From Paraglomus brasilianum (lineage: Eukaryota), in the NCBI GenBank assembly GCA_910592345.1, contig CAJVPI010000243.1:1-39646 (forward strand): a stretch of DNA of 39,646 nucleotides, read 5' to 3'. The notes beneath the pieces were generated by a model, which did not search any database, was not told the origin of the DNA, and saw only the letters and a program-made list of their open reading frames with translations. Positions within the stretch are counted from its first letter, which is position 1. Every line of letters begins with the position of its first letter. The translations under genes were made by a program, and so were the position numbers. Below are positions 1 through 9,795 of the stretch, piece after piece.

Positions 1-99
1 TACAAAAGTGCAAGTAAAATCCAAGAGACATATGATGTCTCGGTTGAAACATTGCGACGATGGGCCACCTCCGGAAAAGTTGCCATTGTCTATCCATGA
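1..99 (+). mobile_element. tnpA: IS607-family TnpA (serine recombinase) N-terminal MerR-like HTH fragment; start lies outside the window, 3' part lost
   Basis: Frame 1 reads YKSASKIQETYDVSVETLRRWATSGKVAIVYP*. The xVSxxTLRRWxxxGK pattern is typical of IS607 TnpA. The expected RTPGG..R continuation is missing. Confidence 0.7.
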
Positions 100-188
100 A
101 CTTATTTTGCTCGTGAGAAAGACTATTAAGATACGTGTGCAGCAAATGTGACCAATTAACGATTTGTGACCGCGATCCGTCTGTGTTT

Positions 189-270
189 GATTGCATGTTT
201 CAGGCTTCATATAAGATTGCGTGTTTCATGCGCGTAGGCTCCATATAAGATTGCATGTTTTATGCGTGTT
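189..270. repeat. Short tandem repeat, 34-bp unit, about 2.4 copies
   Basis: aggcttcatataagattgcgtgtttcatgcgcgt (202) vs aggctccatataagattgcatgttttatgcgtgt (236). Confidence 0.75.
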
Positions 271-390
271 TTCGGTTCCGCAATTCAAATACCGACAACC
301 ACAAACAAATTTAAAGACATTACCCCCCAAACTCTTTAACCATTGCAATATTTTGCTCATTTGAAAATCAAAATCGTAATCTCTCCCTCA

Positions 391-1905
391 ATGCTAAAAA
401 CACCGCTGCCACCGCCAAAACCACTACCAAAAAAGGTTCAAACAAAAGGTAGGTCCTCAGCTCCCCAACCTACGAATAACTCGTCAGTGTCCCAGCCTAC
501 GAGCAACAAAAGGCCAAGGTTTGATAAGTTTTGGTGTGTCTTTAGGATTGAGTTTCTGCATATCTAGCTCAAGACTTAAAGAACCGATTTTCATAAAAAT
601 TTGCTGCAATAGAGCAATGGATCATCATAATAATTGTGACGCAAAATTTAAATTTGTTTACCAAAAACATCGTAAACCATTTTTCCAAAAAATACCAGTT
701 TCAGTAGCTTTAGTAACAAAAACAAGTAAAACAAGTGCAAGTGTAAGCTCTGTAGCCACTGAGTAAGTAAGTTTGTACAATTGTTACTCTTTATTTTCGC
801 TATATATTCTTAGGGATAGTACTGATGCGGTTCCAAAAAGAATGTCAGACTGCAACTGTTATTGAAACTTGTGGTGGGAAAAGGGAGAATTTAATGAAAA
901 AGCGGGATGGGATGAAGTAACGTAAGTTTTACTGTTTTTGATGTTGGTATTTTTTGAGCCAGTTGCTGATATACTGTAAATTGTTTAGATTAAGCCTACC
1001 ATATGTACTTGCTACGGGCATCATCCTAGAAGATTATGAAGAACGTGTAGAAAATTTTAACATTTATGGATGTTGGGAATGGTCGGAGGGAAAAGTCATA
1101 ATATATGAACTTCCTTCTGCGCCACATGAAATTTGTATCGGTAGAATTTCTTGTGAAATAATAAATGCCTGTAGAAATGTTTTGGGGACTCCTGCTGAGA
1201 TTTGTAGTTTAGGTGCTACTACTACTAGTAAGTATTAATGTTATAACTGTTTGTGCGTGCATCATATTAATTTTTATTTCCCAAAGAAACACGTGACGGA
1301 AACCGTAGAAAAGAAGCCGATGAATCGTTTCGCCCTCAGAAACCAGCTGTAACTCCACCAAATGGGAGCGATGGAAATGTACTTTCTGTACTTTTTATTG
1401 GTTTTGAATTTTTTAAAGCTAGTAATTCAATATTTAGTTGTAGAGGTGGCTTATACCGAATCAATAGATCACGTCGAAGAAACGTTGCGCTACTGGTTAA
1501 GTCCTGGTCGCGTCCACGATTGTATTATCGTAAAAATTGATCCGGTTCCCAAGGTCAAGTTCCGGTCCGTATGAGGGTAAGTTATATTTATCAGCATAGC
1601 AATAATATTATTTATAACATTCTAAGATTTTAATTTATTGTAGGCTTGGCATTGCTGTGTCTCAGCAGGTAGAAGAACGAGAAATACAGTTCCTCTTGTA
1701 ACTGCGGTAATGTTAGACTATAGTGATTCGCTTTTCTATTAATATTTTAAAAATCTCTAATGTATATAATGATTATTAGTTTGAATTTGGAACCCAAGAT
1801 GGCAATGGAGCACCATTGAATATCTTGCAAGGTCAATGCATTATAAACATCCCACTCGATTGTCTTTATCATAATGTGAAGCCTCCTATTCAAAATTCTA
1901 CCTGA
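391..1905 (+). pseudogene. Spliced Uma2-like / PD-(D/E)xK restriction-endonuclease-fold gene, degraded
   Basis: Exons give WEWSEGKVIIYELPSAPHE..., RKEADESFRP, VVEVAYTES, IIVKID, FEFGT...INIPLDCLY. Apparent frameshift near 1551 (PVP/QGQVPVRMR) and the usual WPN segment before LVVEVA is missing. 5' exon structure uncertain. Confidence 0.65.
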
Positions 1906-2198
1906 TCCTATTCCAATTACTCACCAAAATGTATGACATTTAGGGAATATACACAATATCGGCTCAGTTTTAACAAGTTTTATCTTTGGGTTTATCTTTT
2001 AACATGTACACAGTGTATGCTGTATGCGGGTGTTTATATCAATAAAAAAATATCTGTGTTTGGTTCTTATTCCTGGACAATTACATAAAGAATAGGTCCA
2101 TTCGTAGTAATAGAGGCAAGAGTCACTTAACGTTGTTTTTTTTTTACTGAATATTTGGTGTATAATAATGGAATAATCAAATACGAAAATATACTCTT

Positions 2199-2581
2199 TG
2201 GCTTTGTCGTGCCAGAGAGCAGTCAATTGTCAGTCCTAGGAATTTAGCTACTTTTGAGCGGAGAGTGGCGTCTCCTACTTATAGTTAAATAAAAATACAC
2301 AGTTAGTGACCTTTAAACTAGGCTTTTCTATTCACGACTCTCAAGTGTCAATGCATAAACACTAATCCTCGATAATAATCTGTCCTCGAGTATGCTACCG
2401 CTGGGATTAATTTTGATAGCCTGATCGGTTGGGGTACAAATGTGTTTACGACTATAACAGACGCGTTTAAATAAGAAGCAATTAGTATTAATTATCGTAT
2501 TTGCCACGGGAATAATCGCGGGGGACAAGAAGCGATTATGTACTTCAGAGTATAAAGAAATATTCGCTTATTAGAATATTT
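2199..2581 (+). ncRNA. Candidate structured ncRNA, copy A (unclassified)
   Basis: Collinear with 9443-9795, including the identical block acagttagtgacct. Helices: atttagcta/tagttaaat, ggaga/tctcc, aggct/agcct, taatcct/gggatta, gtgcc/ggtac, ataatcgc/gcgattat. G-U pairs favour the + strand. Confidence 0.6.
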
Positions 2582-2628
2582 ACAATAATAAAGGAATCGA
2601 AAAGATTAAAACGCTTCTAGTGCCAACT

Positions 2629-2852
2629 TTAAAGAAATTCTGGGAACTCCGCTTGACGGTTCTTTTTCTTATGTACTTCAGATTCGTCTATTGAGATCCA
2701 CTTCTCTCTGTTTGACAGAATTTCAGAAATACTGCTCTGACTTACGCAATATTCGTTAGCCAAATCTATTTGAGATGGCCGTGGCTTTTGGCATATCTTT
2801 TACATATCTCATGCTTCTGAGCAAAGGACGGCTTACGTTTTCGCTTGTTCAT
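2629..2852 (-). mobile_element. pogo/Tigger (CENP-B-like) transposase N-terminal HTH relic
   Basis: With one frameshift reads MNKRKRKPSFAQKHEICKRYA/KPRPSQIDLANEYCVSQSSISEILSNREKW...KKNRQAEFPE, matching the CENP-B N-terminal HTH pattern. Not in the ORF track. Confidence 0.8.
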
Positions 2853-2889
2853 TCTTGAAAATTTTATTATAGATGGATGTACGTATTAA

Positions 2890-3549
2890 TATAAAGTCAT
2901 TGTTTGACCAATGAAATTGCAAGAATCGGGTCACATTCTACTCCGGTAAAATTTTATTACAAGTGCGTCTCGATATAACGACACTGCTATATAACGACAT
3001 CTCGTTATACTGACAAAAATCCTGGAACAAAAAATCTATATAATGAAATTTATTCGATGTAACGACATTATATACAAATTTTCGTTATAACGGTATAACG
3101 ACATTTTTTAGGAAAGGCTTATTGGACAAATCTTAATAAAGTATCGGGATATACCGACATTTGATATAACGACAGTCGTTATACGCAATTTGAGTGACAC
3201 ACATCTCCTTTTTTGTTTATTAAGCTCCCATTTTAAGTTTTCATTAATATTAATACAATGCTTATCTCGTTCGTTTGCTTAAGCAATAAGAATTAATTCT
3301 TAATAACATTAACAAAGCAGAAAAGGTAAGCAGAAAATCTATCAAATTTGTCCAATAAAATTGATTTTTTTTTGTATAACGACAATTGGTTGAACTTGCT
3401 TTGTTGTCGTTATAGGACATTTTTGATATAACGACCATTTAGGTTGGAACCGAGCGTGTCGTTATATCGAGACGCACTTGTATAGAGTTATTGTTTAACC
3501 AATGAAATTGCAAGAATCTGGTCACGTTCTACTCCGATAATTTGTATTA
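2890..3549. repeat. Two ~70-bp direct repeat units (2890-2959, 3481-3549) separated by the MITE
   Basis: tataaagtcattgtttgaccaatgaaattgcaagaatcgggtcacattctactccgg vs tatagagttattgtttaaccaatgaaattgcaagaatctggtcacgttctactccga. Confidence 0.85.
2960..3480. mobile_element. Tc1/mariner-pogo-type MITE, 521 bp
   Basis: Perfect 25-bp TIRs caagtgcgtctcgatataacgacac (2960-2984 / 3456-3480); TA at both sides (2958-59, 3481-82); many internal (ga)tataacgaca motifs in both orientations; no ORF. Confidence 0.92.
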
Positions 3550-3559
3550 CTTTATAATA

Positions 3560-3714
3560 TCAAAATATCGGTTTATCGGGTTTGCGAGGTCTATATGTAA
3601 TATCGGTTTTACGAGGATTTTATTATATACACGTAAATTGCACGGGAATTGAAAAAAGTATCGGTTTTGCGAGTTATCGGTTTTGAGCAGTATCGGTTTT
3701 TCGAGGTTTGACTG
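3560..3714. mobile_element. Single end of a second pogo-type element
   Basis: Ends ...tcgaggtttgactg (reverse complement CAGTCAAACCTCGA, pogo/Tigger-style TIR), with about six tatcggttt subterminal motifs. Partner TIR not found. Confidence 0.6.
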
Positions 3715-4781
3715 CAGAAAAGGCGAAAACAGTGTTTCAAGCTTTGACTGCATTTCGCATGGGGTTGTGGGATTGTGTGAAGCGAATATTTTTTGGATCA
3801 AGTTTTATTGTAATGAAATCATTGCGCAGTAACATTTAGTATAGATCACGGGAATAAGGAATAAAACTTTCTCGTATATTACTATTAAAAAAGGGCGTCC
3901 GGATGATCTTTACACATGGATAGCATTGATATTTGTTATTAAATTAAAGACTGTTGATCAGATTTTCGTGATGCCCCCTAAAAAAGTAATGTCCCGGTTA
4001 GTGAACCTTTATCCGGCTCATGCAAGTAAAATAAAATTGAACTAATCAAATCAATATAACTTACCATTGTTCGCATCATAGATATTTAAAATCAAACGAA
4101 CACTCGTATATTCCGCAAAGTAATAATGAGGTAGGGTTGGTTTTATTATTCGGCTAGCTTCTTGAAACATGTCATCACGATGTTAATCGCCTATATAGAT
4201 GTTCCAAAATAAAACGGACATATTACTCTTCTATCTTCTTGTTATGTATCGGCATTTTGATCTTTGCCAAAAAAAAAAAAACAAACAAACCTTTGACAGT
4301 CATCACGCGTACAATAGACGTAGAATCACGATGCCGGACGAAACTTTTTTAATATGAGGCGGAGTGGAAGTTGTAAAATTAGTTGTAGTGGTAAGTGTAA
4401 ATCAGTAATTATTATTATTATTATTTTTACCTCGGTTGCTAATTCCGAACTTATTCTGCGGATTCGAAATCTTGGGGAATATCTTGGAGGTCTATTGTGG
4501 AGCTTAGCTGAAATCAAACTTTCTATATTATCCGTGTGGGTGGAAGTGATTTATATTGGCGAAAATTAGTAGATACTTCGTGTTTGTATGAGAATCTCGT
4601 AGTTAGCTATAGTGATAAATTGGCTTCAAAAATTTGATTTTATGATAGCATCATTTATTTCCATCGCTATATATACACTTTCCACACTATATCTAAAAAA
4701 TTAATAAACATGTTATTAGAAAAAATTTCTTGCAAAAAGTATTGGGGAAATGAACAGGTATAAACGGAAAAGCCAAAGAGT

Positions 4782-5175
4782 CACCGCCAAAGTGGCAGTC
4801 GTGAAGCTCTTTGGAGGATAGTAAACTCAGTTTGCCCACCGCCAAAGTGGCAGTCGTGAACACACCGGCCTTTTCAATTATGACAAACAAGATCGCCGCC
4901 AAAGTGGCAGTCGCAACCCGGCTTGAGCAAAGTCTACATCTCAGAGACTCGCCGCCAAAGTGGCAGTCGCGAAGTACACTGTCATTTTCCACCTTTCAGG
5001 TACCCGCCGCCAAAGTGGCAGTCGCAAAGTACACTGTCATTTTCACCCTTGGGTACTTCGCCGCCAAAGTGGCAGTCGCGAAGTACTTCTGTCATCAGGC
5101 ACCCGCCGCCAAAGTGGCAGTCACGAAGTACTCTGTCATTTTCACCTTTGGGTACCCGCCCAATGCAGTCAGGCA
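4782..5175 (+). repeat. CRISPR-like interspaced direct-repeat array: 7 repeats plus 1 degenerate repeat, 24-bp repeat, 21-33-bp spacers
   Basis: Repeat cRccgccaaagtggcagtcgYRaa at 4782, 4837, 4894, 4950, 5005, 5059, 5104 and degenerate at 5157; period mostly 53-57 bp; inner palindrome GCCA-aag-TGGC. No cas genes, so not typed as CRISPR. Confidence 0.9.
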
Positions 5176-5302
5176 TATTACCAAATTTGGTGTGGTCATG
5201 GAAATCAATTTCGAATATTCCATGAAATTTGATTGGCTCTATTACACAAAAACACTCTCTTCTATATACTATAGCAACACCAAACAAATTATTATTGTCG
5301 TT

Positions 5303-5593
5303 ATGCACTCACCTATCGAGCTCGTCGCAAAAGTTTATATAAGAGATAAACTGAGTTTACAAAAGTCATCAGGGAATACTCGCCCTATTCCTGTCAGTAC
5401 TAATGAAGAGCGTCATCAATCAACTGAATAGTCTTTGTCAATATCTGTAATTCAAGTTTTGATTAAATCTTTAAATGTGGGCACTAGGCCACAGCTTCAA
5501 AATTTACACAAGGAGGAGCTGTTGTTAATTTTGCAACAAGTTCAGGATTTTTACAAGGAAAATGACAGTAACGAAATAAAAGAGATATTGTAA
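5303..5593 (+). pseudogene. Short ORF relic interrupted by TAG (5429-31), with a possible SAP-like helical motif
   Basis: Reading through the stop: ...HQSTE*SLSISVIQVLIKSLNVGTRPQLQNLHKEELLLILQQVQDFY...; ATTGG and TATATA lie upstream. Confidence 0.3.
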
Positions 5594-5947
5594 GTTAACA
5601 ATCTCACAGTCTGAATATGAATAGTGTAATTGGTGTGGTGATCCCATATTAATATTACGGACGGTCAAATCACCTCAATATTTGAAAACTTGTTACACGA
5701 CACAGAAAGTACCTACGAAGCTGATTATACTTAGCTTAGAAACCGATACATGTTTTGTTCTATGGTTAACGATTATACGTTATACGAATAATCGATTCGC
5801 TTGATTTGATTGGTCTTGTTGATCGTTGTTTTGTATAGATTCTCGAACGTCGATCATACACTGTATTTAGACAATCCAAATTTGGTAATATAACCTGACT
5901 GCAATGTAGCGCGGTCGCGTTTTTCTTCGTCAAATCTACATAAGATA

Positions 5948-8122
5948 ATGTCAAATTCTGTCTTAGTTAACAAAACCTTAAATAACAGTTTTACTGATGA
6001 TCCCTGGTCGTATTACGTTGAGAACGATACAGAAAGTTCAACAGTTCATCCATACTTTCGTGCCGTACAAGCAAGATTCTGGATCTTTGAACATTATATT
6101 AACTGGATGTGTGATAACGTCGAGCTTCCTATTTGGCCCACCTGTGTATCTCAATTTTACGAGTCTTTAAGTATTATCAATAAAATCAAACATGCACCTC
6201 TTTGTGTTCGAGCGTATGTGAAAAGTATTCGGGAAACTATTAATGTAAGTACCAATATTTATTTGCTTGGCTTGTTTGGACAGAAGGCTCATGAAATTAT
6301 GAATTAGGAAGAGGAGAACCAGAATATAATGGAGAATCTTGAGTATAAATATCAAGCACTATTGAAGGAACAACAGAATACGAATTTTAGCAAGGTTTGT
6401 GATTGCTACTATTTACTGGTACTAATTAATGGAAAACTTACGCATATAGTTTGAAATCCAAAATAGAACCTGTTACATGCACAAACGAATAGTATGAGTT
6501 ATGATAGGGCCACAGGTGCTGTCAATTCCAAAAGACAGGCGAACAAGAAAGGAGAGCAGAAAAGGAGAAGAACAGATGACAGTGATTATGAGGAAGATAT
6601 CGAAGGGTCTGTTCTCTTTGATGAATCAAATGAGGACAATTTAATTGATTCTATAGATGGGCTGAAAGAAGAAGCAGTGTTGCCAATTTCGGGAACAATT
6701 GCTAATGTAAGTTTTTTGTTAAAGTCCAGACTTGATATTATATTCCCAGCATGCTGATTCAACCATGCTTAATAGACTTCAAAGCAGGAATTTTTACAAA
6801 GTATCTCCAAGAAATTCAATAAATATCAGGAAAAAATTCCTAAGACACGTTGAATAATAACGTAAGCCTTGTTATTGTGATTTCAACATGGTAAATTACT
6901 TGTTCTTAAATTTTGCTTGCTATTCAATAGATTAGGTTATTGGGGCATCTTTGATCTAACACAACAGAGTCTTTATGGATGCACAGATTTCTCTCAAAAT
7001 GAAATCAGTAAAATTACACAAGATTTTGCCAATCATGTTCATTGGTCTCCACAACAAACTCCAGATTACCTTCAACAATATTTTGATTCCAATTGTGATC
7101 CCACCAAACTTAAAGATAATGCAATGGTTGAAAGAATACACACAAATATACAATTTATGTAAGGTTTTACTTATCAGTATCTAGTATTTATGTGACTACT
7201 CTGATATCTAACGAGATTTTCTTTACCAGACTCTATAATATGTCTAAAAAAGGAGCTAAGACAGAAGAAGAACATAAATTTGTTACCATATATCCTTTAT
7301 TCAATGCTTTCATGGACCATTCATTAATAAAAGATACTTGGTATGTTCATTGTGGGGTTATTTATTATTTACTACAAAATACATAGTACTAAAAAGTTTG
7401 TTTATGTGCATATAGGGGAGAGACTCAGACACTTTGCTCAAATGCAAATCCTTTTGTCAAAGCTTGCATGGGGCGAAAAGTTGATATGAAAGGCACCCTG
7501 ATAAGGACATCCAATAAATTTGAAGCCTTGTGTGGAAAGGTTGCAAATGGGTTAAGTCCATTTGGAATATCACTTGCATCACAAAAGAAGAAATATTTAG
7601 ACAAAGTCAAACTTGCAGTATTAATGCGAGACTCGTTAAATAGTATTTTAAAGAAATGGAAATACTTAAATGATGAACAGAGAAAAAAGATTATTGTATA
7701 TGGTTGGACACTTGCAGGTGGGCAGATATTTTATGTAGTCCATTTGCCCGGACTCTACTATATAACTGATATATCTCATTCAATATAGGATTTGACTTAT
7801 CTCTATATGCAATGGATTGGACTGGAAATGGGATGTATCGCTTTGGATTGATAGAAAATTGTCATCTTCCATCAAACAAAGAGGATTGTGCTTTATTTGA
7901 AGGTGCCTTTTGCCTCTTGAAAGAATTGGAGGTATGTATATCTTGTTCTTGTCCTATAATTATAATCGTTAAATACTCAATTCATCTGGTTTTGTACAGA
8001 GGAAACTAACTGAGATGGAAAAGCTCATCCAAGAATTACATGCTGCAAATACACGTGGAAAGTGTAGAAAAGTAACTACTGAGAATAGCCCAACCCTAAA
8101 CCTTAATGGAACTCCGAATTGA
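5948..8122 (+). pseudogene. Multi-exon gene of an expanded fungal family with a putative PD-(D/E)xK-like nuclease fold; disrupted
   Basis: About 8-9 GT-AG exons. Motifs WGETQT, GRKVDMKG, FEALCGKV, DKVKLAVLMRDSL, VYGW, YAMDW..GMYRFG. In-frame TGA at 6851-53 and an apparent frameshift near 6492. Fold assignment is inference. Confidence 0.6.
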
Positions 8123-8180
8123 TTTACTTCCGTTCAACTGAAATCACAATCATAACAAAGTCATGAATTTTCAGACAACT

Positions 8181-8775
8181 TATCGTGCCATCGTTAACGT
8201 GACATTGTGTAAGAGTGCAACATACACAGTATAATGCCATGCGCCCTAATGGTGACAGCGCGGGAATACAAGCGCAGTGTGCAAATATCTATAGCGGGTT
8301 ACTCAAACTGCTTTAGGCTTTCGCGGATAACACATCAAACTAATAATGTCAACGAATATTTAATTCTATAATTAGTTCATTAATAGACGGTTAGTTATCT
8401 TGTGCATCCTTTATTAAGCACAACTAAGTTAGTGAATTGCACATTGTTTGGATATAGTTTTTTTGAGTCTAAAATTCCCTTCGAATACTTGTGCTATTAG
8501 TTTATCAGTGTAGTTAGCAATCGAGAATCTGCGAGATCAAACGTACGAACCGTGAGTATATAAATCCAATTTAAGGTCACAAGGGTAGTGTTACACTTAT
8601 TACAGTACTATTACTATTGTTGAATTATCGAATAAAGTAATATTTGCTATTTTATACACCTATACATAAGTAAACATATTACTCAACCAATGGTTAAATT
8701 GAATATATTGATTAATATTGCGAGACAATTCAGTTAGTAAACATTTGCAAAATGTGTTTGACGTAGGTCATCAGA
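8181..8775 (+). ncRNA. Candidate structured ncRNA, divergent and expanded copy C
   Basis: Same motif order as copies A and B: tatcgtgcc, gggaat, taggctttc, taattcta, agtct, attccc, gtacgaa, atattgcgagacaa. Helices tttaggctt/gagtctaaa, gggaat/attccc, tcgtgc/gtacga. Confidence 0.4.
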
Positions 8776-9442
8776 TAATAATAACATTAAATCATAAACA
8801 ATAAACAAAAAACCCTTTTATATCCTTTTTAGACGAACTCTTAATTCATATTCCATCGCGATAACCACCTTTCCTCATTCTTGCACTGAATGCCTTTGTA
8901 TCTCCGTCACAGCTAGCGGCTCCAGGAATTTAACATAGCCTCTTTGATTTTGTAATCATTTAGTGTTGTTGTATTTTACCGTTCTCCCTCTCTCACCCCA
9001 CGCCACCCGCCATAAGGAATGTCTCATAACTTCAATAGTATGAGCTACCATCGTCGTTGTCAACAAAATTCGCTTTTGAGAATAAATGAAATAAAAGACA
9101 ATGATCAGGGATAATTTCGTCGTATATACTGTATTAGCCTTACTCTTCGTAATCCTACTGCGATTATATTATTTACAGTAGTTCCGACCATATATAGTAA
9201 AACAACGGCATGAAGGCCTTCGACGTCAAAGTAAGCCCTCCTCCGTATGGCAGAAAGAAACTCGCCGCATCGTCAAAGTAAACTTTAAAATAAGAATAAA
9301 TCATTCGTCTAATTCATTTTGGTTGTTTTTAAACTGGAAGACAAGTTCAAACCTTTGTTTCGCTCAACCCTAGCTTTTTGTTGTCAGATTCGATTATAAA
9401 ATATCTCGATCAAATTTGAATACACATTGCAAAGACCATTAG

Positions 9443-9795
9443 TGGCCTGTGTCGTGCCGACTATCACGGGGAGCGGGATTTAGCTAGTATCGATGGAGCG
9501 TGGCGCCTCCAACTCTAGTCAAATTTCTGATTACAGTTAGTGACCTCGTTAATTCAAGGCTTTCCACTTACGAACTATTTCGTCGTAGAATGACGTTAAT
9601 CCTAGATATGTAATCGTACTTGTGGGATAAATTCAATAGTCTTCCGTCTGGGTACAAATAAAGGTAACGTGTTTCTAAAATAACGATTAAATATCTTAAC
9701 TCGCCACTCAGATAATTGCGGGACAAGAGGGCAATTATCCTTCGTTGATATACGAATTTAACAGTTTCTCAATTATACCAACTAATTTAGAGAAT
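9443..9795 (+). ncRNA. Candidate structured ncRNA, copy B (unclassified)
   Basis: Helices atttagctag/ctagtcaaat, ggag/ctcc, aggct/agtct, cgtcgt/atgacg, atccta/tgggat, gtgcc/ggtac, ataattgc/gcaattat. Loop gtggcg (9500-05) is complementary to cgccac (9702-07). Confidence 0.6.

Noticed and set aside
3850..4650. Minus-strand coding-like scraps (e.g. DDMFQEASRIIKPTLPHYYFAEY, PRYSPRFRIRRISSE)
   Set aside because: Many stops; no family recognisable; cannot build a gene
4693..5431. Several overlapping ORFs (206, 100, 90, 99, 108 aa) with AAKVAVA repeats
   Set aside because: By-products of the stop-poor DNA repeat; the period is not a multiple of 3 and frames switch between units
8820..9290. Minus-strand splice-like signals and short peptides
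   Set aside because: No consistent reading frame or motif
9365..9372. CAACCCTA as a telomerase template
   Set aside because: Imperfect match and absent from the other copies
9712..9760. AATTGCGGGA resembles the group I intron P element
   Set aside because: It pairs locally with GCAATTAT (with covariation), and no convincing Q, R or S elements follow; no group II domain V either
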